Shown here one piece after another: positions 21,518-28,614 of a stretch of DNA of 35,714 nt. The translations under genes were made by a program, and so were the position numbers. Position 1 is the stretch's first letter. Every line of letters begins with the position of its first letter. The notes below the pieces were generated by a model. The model saw only the letters and a program-made list of their open reading frames with translations. It did no database searches and was not told where the DNA came from. This DNA is from Anaeromyxobacteraceae bacterium (lineage in GTDB: Bacteria; Myxococcota; Myxococcia; Myxococcales; Anaeromyxobacteraceae): positions 1 through 35,714 of the forward strand of contig JBAVTL010000503.1 in NCBI GenBank assembly GCA_049696175.1, written 5' to 3'.

Positions 21518-21865
21518 ATGAGCGACCTGCCCGCCTGCCCGAAGTGCCAGTCGGCCCTGACCTACGAAGACGGGAGCCTGCTCGCCTGCCCGGAGTGCGC
21601 CCACGAGTGGTCGCCCGGCGCGCCGTCGGAGGCCGCCGCCGCCGAGCAGGGACTCGTCGTACGCGACGCCTTCGGCACCGTGCTCGCCGACGGAGACACC
21701 GTCACGATGATCAAGGACCTGAAGGTCAAGGGCGCGTCCTCGTCGCTGAAGGTGGGGACCAGGGTGCGCAACATCCGCCTCGTCGACGGGGACCACAACA
21801 TCGACTGCAGGATCGACGGCTTCGGCGCGATGGGGCTCAAGTCCGAGTTCGTGAAGAAGGCCTGA
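21518..21865 (+). CDS. phnA: PhnA-family zinc-ribbon protein
   Basis: Likely start [12 protein letters not shown] at 21518. CPKC...CPEC zinc ribbon. C-terminal [68 protein letters not shown] is the PhnA domain. Confidence 0.9.
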   Translation: MSDLPACPKCQSALTYEDGSLLACPECAHEWSPGAPSEAAAAEQGLVVRDAFGTVLADGDTVTMIKDLKVKGASSSLKVGTRVRNIRLVDGDHNIDCRIDGFGAMGLKSEFVKKA

Positions 21866-21887
21866 GGGGCGCGCCTTCCGTCGAGGA

Positions 21888-22367
21888 TCAACCTCGGCGA
21901 GCCACTTCGATGGCAGCGATGTCGATCTTCGTCATCCGCATCATCGCCTCGAAGGCGCGTCTTGCGGCCGCCGGATCGGGGTCGGCGATCGCGGCGGTCA
22001 ACGCGCGCTGCGTGATCTGCCACGACAGCCCCCACTTGTCCTTGCACCAGCCGCAGGCGCTCGCCTGCCCGCCGTTCCCGATGATGGCGTTCCACAGTCG
22101 GTCGGTCTCGGCCTGATCGTCGGTCGCCACCTGGAAGGAGAAGGCCTCGCTGTGCCTGAACGCCGGGCCGCCGTTCAGCCCGAGGCACGGGATGCCCATC
22201 ACGGTGAACTCCACCGTCAGCACGTCGCCCTGCTTGCCCGAGGGGTAGTCGGCGGGCGCGCGGTGGACTGCCCCGACTTCGCTGTAGGGGACCGTGGCGG
22301 CATAGAACCGCGCGGCCTCCAGGGCGCCGCCGTCGCACCAGAGGCAGATCGTGTTCTTGCTGGTCAC
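21888..22367 (-). CDS. VOC-superfamily protein, PhnB / 3-demethylubiquinone-9 3-methyltransferase-domain type
   Basis: Likely GTG start at 22367 preceded by AAGGAA. VTSKNTICLWCDG ... VLTVEFTVMG ... CGWCKDKWGLSWQI are hallmarks of this family. Confidence 0.8.
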   Translation of the reverse strand: MTSKNTICLWCDGGALEAARFYAATVPYSEVGAVHRAPADYPSGKQGDVLTVEFTVMGIPCLGLNGGPAFRHSEAFSFQVATDDQAETDRLWNAIIGNGGQASACGWCKDKWGLSWQITQRALTAAIADPDPAAARRAFEAMMRMTKIDIAAIEVARRG

Positions 22368-22573
22368 CGGAGTGTTCCTTTCGACGCCGGGGCGCGCATC
22401 GAGGAGCGGCTGCGTGCCGATCATCGGTCGGCTCGGCGTATTCTGCGACGAGATATTCGCGCGCGCCCCGGCGCGCCGTTCACGAATGGGGGCTCCGATT
22501 TGGCGGACGGAACGAGCTGCCCGACGTCCACACCCGCGGTGGCGTTCAAGGACTGGGTGCGCCCTTGCCTCAG

Positions 22574-22592
22574 AGGTAGCACGGCGCTACCT
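22574..22592. promoter_or_regulatory. Inverted repeat immediately upstream of the ParD-like antitoxin gene (candidate autoregulatory operator)
   Basis: aggtagc-acggc-gctacct: perfect 7-bp arms with a 5-nt spacer, ending 8 nt before the ATG at 22601. Confidence 0.35.
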
Positions 22593-22600
22593 TTGGCTTC

Positions 22601-22981
22601 ATGGGTCAGCCCGTGAAGCTCTCCGATCACCTGATGCTCGAAGCACGCCGCGTCGCCGAAGAGTCGCAGCGCTCCCTCGCCGGCCAGATCGAGCACTGGG
22701 CACGGCTCGGCCGCGCCATCGACACAGTCATGCGCCCGGTGACGGCGCTCAAGCTCAAGCGCCGCGCGCCGGCGCCGGCGCCGGCCATCTCCGCACGCCT
22801 CGAGGACATCGACACGCCCGCAGGGCGCGCCCGCGTCGCGGCCGGGCTCACGTCGGAGCCCTTCCCGCACTTCGAGGTCGCTCCCGGTCGACCGGGGCTC
22901 CTCGTGAGGATCGACGAGGATGGCAGGCACACCATCGGCCGGTTCGTGAAGCGTAAGTTCGTTCCGGTGAAGGCGCAGTAG
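22601..22981 (+). CDS. ParD-like type II antitoxin (family that partners zeta/P-loop kinase toxins)
   Basis: MGQPVKLSDHLMLEARRVAEESQRSLAGQIEHWARLGRAIDTV matches my recollection of the ParD_like N-terminal RHH-type region. Located 21 nt upstream of a zeta-like P-loop gene. Confidence 0.68.
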   Translation: MGQPVKLSDHLMLEARRVAEESQRSLAGQIEHWARLGRAIDTVMRPVTALKLKRRAPAPAPAISARLEDIDTPAGRARVAAGLTSEPFPHFEVAPGRPGLLVRIDEDGRHTIGRFVKRKFVPVKAQ

Positions 22982-23002
22982 CTGTCCCCACGTCCACCCG
23001 CC

Positions 23003-23602
23003 GTGGCCTCGCTCACCGGGAAGCCGCCCATCGATCGGCAACCGCTCCTGATCGCCGTCGCGGGGCCGAATGGGGCCGGCAAGACCACCTTCTGCCGTTA
23101 CCACCTGGCGGATCTCCGGCTCCGCTACGTCAACGCGGATCTGCTCGCCGGTGAGCTCGCCCTGGGCCCGCACGAGGCGGCGGAGCTCACCACCACCCTC
23201 CGCGAAAGCCTGGTGCGCGAGCGCGAGAGCTTCGTCTTCGAGACCGTCTTCTCGGACCCCGCAGGCGACAAGCTCGGCTTCTTCGTCGACGCCGCCGCGC
23301 AGGGATACACGGTCGTGCTCTGCTTCGTCGGCCTGGAGGACGCCGCCCTCTCCGAGGCCCGCGTCGCGATGCGGGTCCTCAAGGGAGGTCACGACGTCCC
23401 GACCCGGAAGATCAGGGAGCGCTTCCCGCGCACGCTCGCCAACCTGCGCCGGGCCATCCGTGCGCTTCCCCACGTCCTGGTCTTCGACAACAGCGACCTC
23501 TCCCGCCCCTTTCGCGCGGTCGCCACGTTCAAGGACGGGGCGCTCGTCGAGGCCAGGACTCCCGTACCTTCCTGGGCGAGGAGGCTCGTCAAGCTGACTT
23601 AG
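23003..23602 (+). CDS. Zeta-toxin-like P-loop kinase (type II toxin candidate)
   Basis: GTG start at 23003. IAVAGPNGAGKTTF Walker A, FVFETVFSD, VVLCFVGLEDAALSEARVAMRVLKGGHDVP. About 200 aa, typical of short zeta/AAA_33-like toxins. Confidence 0.72.
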   Translation: MASLTGKPPIDRQPLLIAVAGPNGAGKTTFCRYHLADLRLRYVNADLLAGELALGPHEAAELTTTLRESLVRERESFVFETVFSDPAGDKLGFFVDAAAQGYTVVLCFVGLEDAALSEARVAMRVLKGGHDVPTRKIRERFPRTLANLRRAIRALPHVLVFDNSDLSRPFRAVATFKDGALVEARTPVPSWARRLVKLT

Positions 23603-23619
23603 CGGTGGTCGCCGAGACG
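23483..23619 (+). repeat. Direct repeat copy A (137 bp): 3' end of the zeta-like gene plus 17 nt downstream
   Basis: Ungapped alignment by eye with 26051-26187 gives 122 of 137 identical positions. Similarity stops abruptly at both ends. Confidence 0.85.
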
Positions 23620-23717
23620 AGACTTTGGAACAGGCCAGAATCCCGGTGTCACCGGTCGTGCGGACGCACGCCCCGTGATAGTCCTACGTCAGCGATTCAC
23701 GATCGCGAGGGGGCTTC

Positions 23718-24086
23718 ATGCGGTGGATCGGGCGAGCAGTCCTCGGGGTGGCGGCGGTGCACACGCTCTTCGGCGCGGCGGTCTTCCGAGGAACCGTCTC
23801 GGCGATGGCGCGCGAGGGGTTCGTCGCGACCATCACGGACCAGGCTGACCGCGGCGCCGTCTTCTGGTTCTTCTACACGGGGTTCGCGCTAGCGATCCTC
23901 GGGGGCTGGATGCACGAGTGCGAGGCGGAGGAGCGGCGGTTTCCCACCTATCTGGTCGCGGGCCTCGCGGCGCTCACGGGCGCTGGGCTACTCATCATGC
24001 CGGCGAGCGGCTTCTGGCTGCTCATCCCTCCAGTCGGCGGAGCGATCGTTCGCAACCGCCGCATGTCGGTAACGGTCCGGCGTTGA
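23718..24086 (+). CDS. Small integral membrane protein (4 TM), unknown function
   Basis: MRWIGRAVLGVAAVHTLFGAAVF..., AVFWFFYTGFALAILGGW, LVAGLAALTGAGLLIM, FWLLIPPVGGAIV. The 3' end overlaps the convergent AraC gene by 65 nt. Confidence 0.5.
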   Translation: MRWIGRAVLGVAAVHTLFGAAVFRGTVSAMAREGFVATITDQADRGAVFWFFYTGFALAILGGWMHECEAEERRFPTYLVAGLAALTGAGLLIMPASGFWLLIPPVGGAIVRNRRMSVTVRR

Positions 24087-24846
24087 AAACGGCGCGCCGG
24101 TAGCGCCCCGGCGTGAATCCGAGCAGCCGCTTGAAGTGCCGGGTCAGGTGGCTCTGGTCGGCGAAGCCGAGCGCGGCTGCGACCTCGGCCAGCGGCTGAC
24201 CGGCCCGGAGCAGCTCCTTCGCACGCCGCACCCGCTGCTGGACGAGCCAGGCGTGGGGCGGAATCCCGTAGGCGCGGGTGAACCCCCGCACCAGCGCGAA
24301 CGGGTCCATCGCCGAGATCGTGGCGAGGTCGGTGAGCGATACGTTCTCGGCCGCGTTGTCGGCGAGGTACTCGCGCGCCCGCGATACGCCCCTCGGGAGA
24401 GGCTCCACCGCGCGGCTCGCGACGGGCTCCAGCGCGTGGCGCATCGTGACCCGCATGAGCAGCTCCGCGAGGCGGGTCTCTCGCGCCAGGCCGTCCTCCG
24501 TCCCGTCCATGTCGAAGAGCGCCGAGATGAGCCCCGCCGCCGCCTCGTCCGAAATGACAGGAGGCAGCGCCAGTGTCCGCCTGAGCTTGCGTCCGGCAAC
24601 GGCCGCGGCCGCGGCACGGAGCTGAGTCTCGGATGGGTAGAGGCAGCGGTAGGCGAAGCCGACCTTCCCGGCAGGCTCGACCTCGTGAGGTTCATCCGGC
24701 GTGACCGTGCAGATCGCGCCCGCCGGGGCCTGCACCCACTCGCCGCGGTAGCGGAACCGGTTGATCCCCGACGTCACGACGCCGATCGCGTAGGTCGGGT
24801 GTGCGTGCCGCCCGAAGCGCGGCTCCGGATGGCGAGCCTCGACCAT
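24022..24846 (-). CDS. AraC-family transcriptional regulator with N-terminal cupin-type sensor domain
   Basis: Likely start MVEARHPEPRFGRHAHPTY at 24846 (alternative 24897). C-terminal dual HTH LTDLATISAMDPFALVRGFTRAYGIPPHAWL...GFADQSHLTRHFKRLLGFTPGRYRR. Confidence 0.87.
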   Translation of the reverse strand: MVEARHPEPRFGRHAHPTYAIGVVTSGINRFRYRGEWVQAPAGAICTVTPDEPHEVEPAGKVGFAYRCLYPSETQLRAAAAAVAGRKLRRTLALPPVISDEAAAGLISALFDMDGTEDGLARETRLAELLMRVTMRHALEPVASRAVEPLPRGVSRAREYLADNAAENVSLTDLATISAMDPFALVRGFTRAYGIPPHAWLVQQRVRRAKELLRAGQPLAEVAAALGFADQSHLTRHFKRLLGFTPGRYRRAVFNAGPLPTCGGCERSLRRLEG

Positions 24847-24980
24847 CTCGAGCCCGCCGAGGTCCTTCGCAACGCGGATCCGGCAGGTCCCTCGCACCGG
24901 ACCATCCTACAAGAACGTTCAAGACGCGACGCCCTCGCGCGGCCGAGACTCGCCGCGCCACCCGGAAAGGAGGCGATCGG

Positions 24981-25829
24981 ATGAGCCAGGGGTATGTGCA
25001 CGGTTACGGCGAGCGTGAGGGGGAGCGGCTGCTCGACCAGGCGACCACGCTCGCGGAGCTGCTGTACGGCGACCTGCGCTTCCCGCCGGGGAGCCGCGTC
25101 CTGGAAGCCGGCTGCGGTGTCGGCGCCCAGACCGAGTTCCTCGCCCGCGGCAGCCCTGGAGCGCGCTTCACCTGCGTGGACGTGTCGGCCGACTCGATCG
25201 CGCGCGCGCGGCAACGGGCCGACGCCGCGGGGCTCGGAAACGTCGCCTTCGAGCGCGCCGACCTCCTTCGGCTCCCGGCGCGGCTCGGGGTCTTCGATCA
25301 TGTCTTCGTCTGCTTCGTGCTGGAGCACCTGTCGGATCCGGCTGCGGCGCTCGCCTCCCTGAACTGCGCGCTTCGCCTCGGCGGCACGCTCACTGTCATC
25401 GAGGGAGATCACGGCTCCGCCTTCTTTCATCCCGACGATGCGCGGGCGTGCCGAGCGATCGAGCTGCTCATACGGCTTCAGTCCGAAGAGGGCGGCGACG
25501 CCAACATCGGGCGTAGGCTCCGCCCCCTGCTCGAGGGCGCCGGGTTCTGCGACGTCTCGGTGGCTCCACGGACAGTGTACGCAGACGCCGGTCGCCCGGC
25601 GCTGGTCGAGGGATTCACGCGCAACACCTTCACCGCGATGGTGGAGGGTGTGCGCGATGCGGTTCTCTCCCGCCGACTGATGACGCCCGAGGACTGGGAG
25701 GCGGCGATCGGTGCGCTCCATTCGACGGCGGAGCCCGACGGCTCGTTCTGCTACACGTTCTTCAGGGCAGCCGCTACGCGACCGAGCGTTCCTCAGCCGG
25801 GTACTCCTCAGGCGCCTGCGGGGACATGA
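24981..25829 (+). CDS. Class I SAM-dependent methyltransferase
   Basis: ATG at 24981 after GGAAAGGAGG. VLEAGCGVGAQT motif I, DHVFVCFVLEHL, GGTLTVIE. Divergent from the AraC gene. Confidence 0.85.
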   Translation: MSQGYVHGYGEREGERLLDQATTLAELLYGDLRFPPGSRVLEAGCGVGAQTEFLARGSPGARFTCVDVSADSIARARQRADAAGLGNVAFERADLLRLPARLGVFDHVFVCFVLEHLSDPAAALASLNCALRLGGTLTVIEGDHGSAFFHPDDARACRAIELLIRLQSEEGGDANIGRRLRPLLEGAGFCDVSVAPRTVYADAGRPALVEGFTRNTFTAMVEGVRDAVLSRRLMTPEDWEAAIGALHSTAEPDGSFCYTFFRAAATRPSVPQPGTPQAPAGT

Positions 25830-26170
25830 GCGAAACGTTGGAGCAGGCCAGGGACGCGGTCCGCGACGAGGACTCGTTGATCCACTTCATGCAGGTACTG
25901 GCGGTGGACTTCGCCGCCGACCGCGAGGAGGCCGCCAAGAGTCCACCGCATTTCACGGCCCAAGGTCCTCGCGGCTGGGAGAACGGCACGGTCGACGCGT
26001 TCCTCGAATCGGCCGCCGCATGGGTCGAGGACTCGCGGGCGTCCCGCAGTTTCGACAACAGCGACCTCTCACGTCCCTTCCACGCGGTCGCCACGTTCAC
26101 GGACGGGGCAGTCGTCGAGGCAACGACTCCCGCACCCGCCTGGGCGAGGAGGCTCGTCAGGCTGACGTAG
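25826..26170 (+). CDS. Chimeric small ORF: unknown N-terminal domain fused in frame to a copy of the zeta-toxin C-terminal 40 aa
   Basis: ATGA overlap with the methyltransferase stop. Residues 1-74 (…GWENGTVDAFLESAAAWVED…) resemble small hypothetical, immunity-like proteins. Residues 75-114 (SFDNSDLSRPFHAVATFTDGAVVEATTPAPAWARRLVRLT) parallel the zeta C-terminus VFDNSDLSRPFRAVATFKDGALVEARTPVPSWARRLVKLT. Confidence 0.5.
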   Translation: MSETLEQARDAVRDEDSLIHFMQVLAVDFAADREEAAKSPPHFTAQGPRGWENGTVDAFLESAAAWVEDSRASRSFDNSDLSRPFHAVATFTDGAVVEATTPAPAWARRLVRLT

Positions 26171-26187
26171 CTGTGGTCGCCGAGACG
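26051..26187 (+). repeat. Direct repeat copy B (137 bp)
   Basis: See copy A: 15 substitutions, no gaps. Includes the stop codon and the 17 nt after it (tag-c[g/t]gtggtcgccgagacg). Confidence 0.85.
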
Positions 26188-27173
26188 TGCCGCCGCTGCG
26201 CCCGCGCCCGCGCTGCCCCGAGCGACGACATCCTTTGATAGACGTTGTTCATGACGAGCGCCGAGATCGTCAGGGTCACACCCAGCACCTCCGCCGCGTT
26301 GAAGTGGTAGCCGCGGAGCGCCGAGATCGCGAAGGTCGTCATCGGCACCACGTCCATGAAGAGCACTCCGTTGATCGGCGTGACGATCTTGTTGCCCGAG
26401 TTCCAGAAGAGGACCCCGACGAAGCCCGCGACGACGACCATGTAGGCGAGGTGCGGGACCAACGACAGGAGCGCCTCGCGGCTCACGAGGGCGTTGCGCC
26501 CGGCGAGGAAGAGCGCGACGTTCACTGTCAGGATAGTGGGGAGCCCGAGCGCCGTGGTCAGCGCGGTGTAGCGCACGGCCGACCAGGCCGGGAACCAGGT
26601 CGCGCCGACGGTGTAGATCACCCAGCAGAGGGCGCCGAGGAGGATCAGCACGTCGGCGAGGATGTTCTCCTGGAGTTGCGTCAACGCGCGGAAGTCGCCC
26701 CGCGTGATCACGAACAAGACTCCGCTGAAGGACACCGCGACGAACAGGGGGGACCAGCGAAGCGGCCGGATGCCACGGAGCAGCCAGTTGACCAGGATGC
26801 TCAGCATCGGCATGAGCGCCATCGTCACCGAGGCGCTCATGGCCCCCGAGGGCCCCGCCAGCTTCTGGCCAAGGAAGACGAGGAAGCCGTAGCCGGCGAA
26901 GCCCAGCGACCCGAGGATCCAGAGTGCGCCGACGCGCCCGGCCGGACTGAGCGCTCCTCTCCCCTCGCGCCAGGCGAGGAGCGCCATGAACATGATCCCG
27001 GCCGCGGAGTAGCGGATGGCGGTGAAGAGGAACGGGTTCATCACCCCGAGGGCAGAGCCCATCACGGGGAACATGCCTCCCCAAGACAGGACTGCGCCGA
27101 GGCAGAAGACGACGCCGAGCGGGAACCGGTCCTTCACGATGGACCTCCGAGGAGCCTTCGGGTGAAGGCGCAT
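26157..27173 (-). CDS. DMT-superfamily (EamA-type) transporter
   Basis: Ten hydrophobic segments. LGAVLSWGGMFPV and a duplicated EamA-like architecture. Divergent from the LysR gene. Confidence 0.87.
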   Translation of the reverse strand: MRLHPKAPRRSIVKDRFPLGVVFCLGAVLSWGGMFPVMGSALGVMNPFLFTAIRYSAAGIMFMALLAWREGRGALSPAGRVGALWILGSLGFAGYGFLVFLGQKLAGPSGAMSASVTMALMPMLSILVNWLLRGIRPLRWSPLFVAVSFSGVLFVITRGDFRALTQLQENILADVLILLGALCWVIYTVGATWFPAWSAVRYTALTTALGLPTILTVNVALFLAGRNALVSREALLSLVPHLAYMVVVAGFVGVLFWNSGNKIVTPINGVLFMDVVPMTTFAISALRGYHFNAAEVLGVTLTISALVMNNVYQRMSSLGAARARAQRRHVSATTATSA

Positions 27174-27241
27174 CGAGTAGCATCCGGATCGTCGGTGCCG
27201 AACCGCCGATGCTGACCATCGGCTTGCTCGATGGAGGGAAC

Positions 27242-28183
27242 GTGAGACACGACATCGAGCTGAGGCAACTGAGGGCGCTGCTCTCCATCGTCGAGGAGGG
27301 CGGCTTCGTACGAGCGTCCCGGGTGCTGAGGCTGTCGCAGTCGACGGTGTCGGCGGCGATCCGGGCGCTGGAGCGCCGGGTCGGTGGCGCCGTCCTGCGG
27401 AAGACCGGCGGCAAGGTTGCTCTCACGGCGATCGGCGAGGCGTTGTTCCCCTACGCACGCCAGATGCTCGCGCTCGACTCGGAGCTGCGCGCGCGCCTCG
27501 GCGAGGTCACTCGGGACTTCGCGAACCAGGTGCTGCTCGCCACGAGCGAGTCCATCAGCTCCTATCTGCTACCCGCGCACCTCGTCGGTCTCCGTCGCCG
27601 GTGGCCCCGGTCGAGGGTCCAGGTGACGGCTGCGACGTGCCTCGAGGTCCGCAGCGCCCTCCGCGCCGGACGCGTCGACCTCGGCCTCGTCTGCGAGCCC
27701 GTCGCACTCACCGGGTCCGAGGCGATGATGGTGGTGGCGCCGGCCGAGCTGGCGCTCTTCGCGACGCCCAGACACCCGCTTGCTGGCGCAGAGGCGACAC
27801 CGGAGCGGCTAAGGGGCTACCCGGTCCAGCTGAGTGACGCCGCAGGGAGCTTCAAGGGTGAACTCACCCGCTACTTCGAGGCCGCTGGTCTCCCGACGCC
27901 GCCCGTCATCGCCACCGGGAGCGTGGAGGGGGTCAAGCGAGGGGTCCTCGCGGACGCCGTGTGCCTTGGGCTCCTTCCCTCCTTCGCGATCGAGGAGGAG
28001 CTCCGCGCGGGCCGCGTCCTTCGGCTCGCGCCGAGCCCGCCGCTCCCCGCCGTCGTGATCAAGGCCCTCTGGCGCCAGGACTACGCCCTCTCCCCGATGA
28101 GCTCGGAGCTGCTCGAGCGGATCCGCGAGGGCGGGCCGCGGACGCGGAGCTCACCTCGCCGATCCGGAGCCGGCCGACCATGA
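27242..28183 (+). CDS. LysR-family transcriptional regulator
   Basis: GTG at 27242 follows GGAGGG (27232-27237); an alternative ATG is at 27209. IELRQLRALLSIVEEGGFVRASRVLRLSQSTVSAAIRALE is the LysR HTH. Confidence 0.9.
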   Translation: MRHDIELRQLRALLSIVEEGGFVRASRVLRLSQSTVSAAIRALERRVGGAVLRKTGGKVALTAIGEALFPYARQMLALDSELRARLGEVTRDFANQVLLATSESISSYLLPAHLVGLRRRWPRSRVQVTAATCLEVRSALRAGRVDLGLVCEPVALTGSEAMMVVAPAELALFATPRHPLAGAEATPERLRGYPVQLSDAAGSFKGELTRYFEAAGLPTPPVIATGSVEGVKRGVLADAVCLGLLPSFAIEEELRAGRVLRLAPSPPLPAVVIKALWRQDYALSPMSSELLERIREGGPRTRSSPRRSGAGRP

Positions 28184-28482
28184 AGATCCTCATCCTCCTC
28201 GCTCACCCCGATCCCGGCAGCCTCAACCACGCGCTCGCCGACGCCGCGGCTCGGTCGGCGCGGCGACTCGGGCACGACGTCACGCTGCGCGATCTCTACA
28301 CCGAGGGCTTCGACCCGATTCTTCCGGGACCCGAGATCCCGAAGGGCGCCTCGCTCCCAGACCGGCTTCAAGGCCACTGTGACGACCTCGCCTCGGCGGA
28401 CGGGATCGTCGTCGTCCATCCGAACTGTGACCGAGCTGCTCGTCGGCGACGCGTCCCGCGCGAAAGCCGAGCGACGGCCTGA
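28180..28482 (+). pseudogene. Truncated flavodoxin-like-fold NAD(P)H (quinone) dehydrogenase
   Basis: ATGA overlap with the LysR stop. MKILILLAHPDPGSLNHALADAA...DLYTEGFDPIL...ADGIVVVHPN matches the N-terminal half of the family. It then reads CDRAARRRRVPRESRATA* instead of the expected WWG..PA.LKGW.DRV continuation. About 100 aa versus the usual 175-200 or so. Confidence 0.55.
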
Positions 28483-28614
28483 CGCCGCGGGCGCGTGGCT
28501 CACTGAGCCGCGCGCCGGCTGACCGTGGGCATGTGGCCGGCACGCCCCTTCTGATATGGATCGGCGCGGTTCCGGGTGTCTGCACGGACGCGGCGACGGG
28601 ACCAGGGAACGTCC

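Noticed and set aside
20131-21796. Several Arg-rich ORFs overlapping rsgA (20131..20832, 20769..21506, 20954..21796)
   Set aside because: They are shadow frames. rsgA (20217..21293) explains the coding signal.
24022-24086. 65-nt convergent overlap between the small membrane protein gene and the AraC gene
   Set aside because: I considered it a sign of mis-called ORFs or an antisense regulatory arrangement. The AraC HTH ends well before the overlap, and its C-terminal tail is unconserved-looking. The likeliest explanation is a tolerated overlap or a slightly shorter true product, so I do not report it as a finding.
25774-27426. 550-aa minus-strand ORF spanning the DMT/LysR region, and the 342-aa plus ORF 26187..27215
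   Set aside because: Both are shadow frames of the DMT transporter gene (26157..27173), which has a clear polytopic membrane profile.
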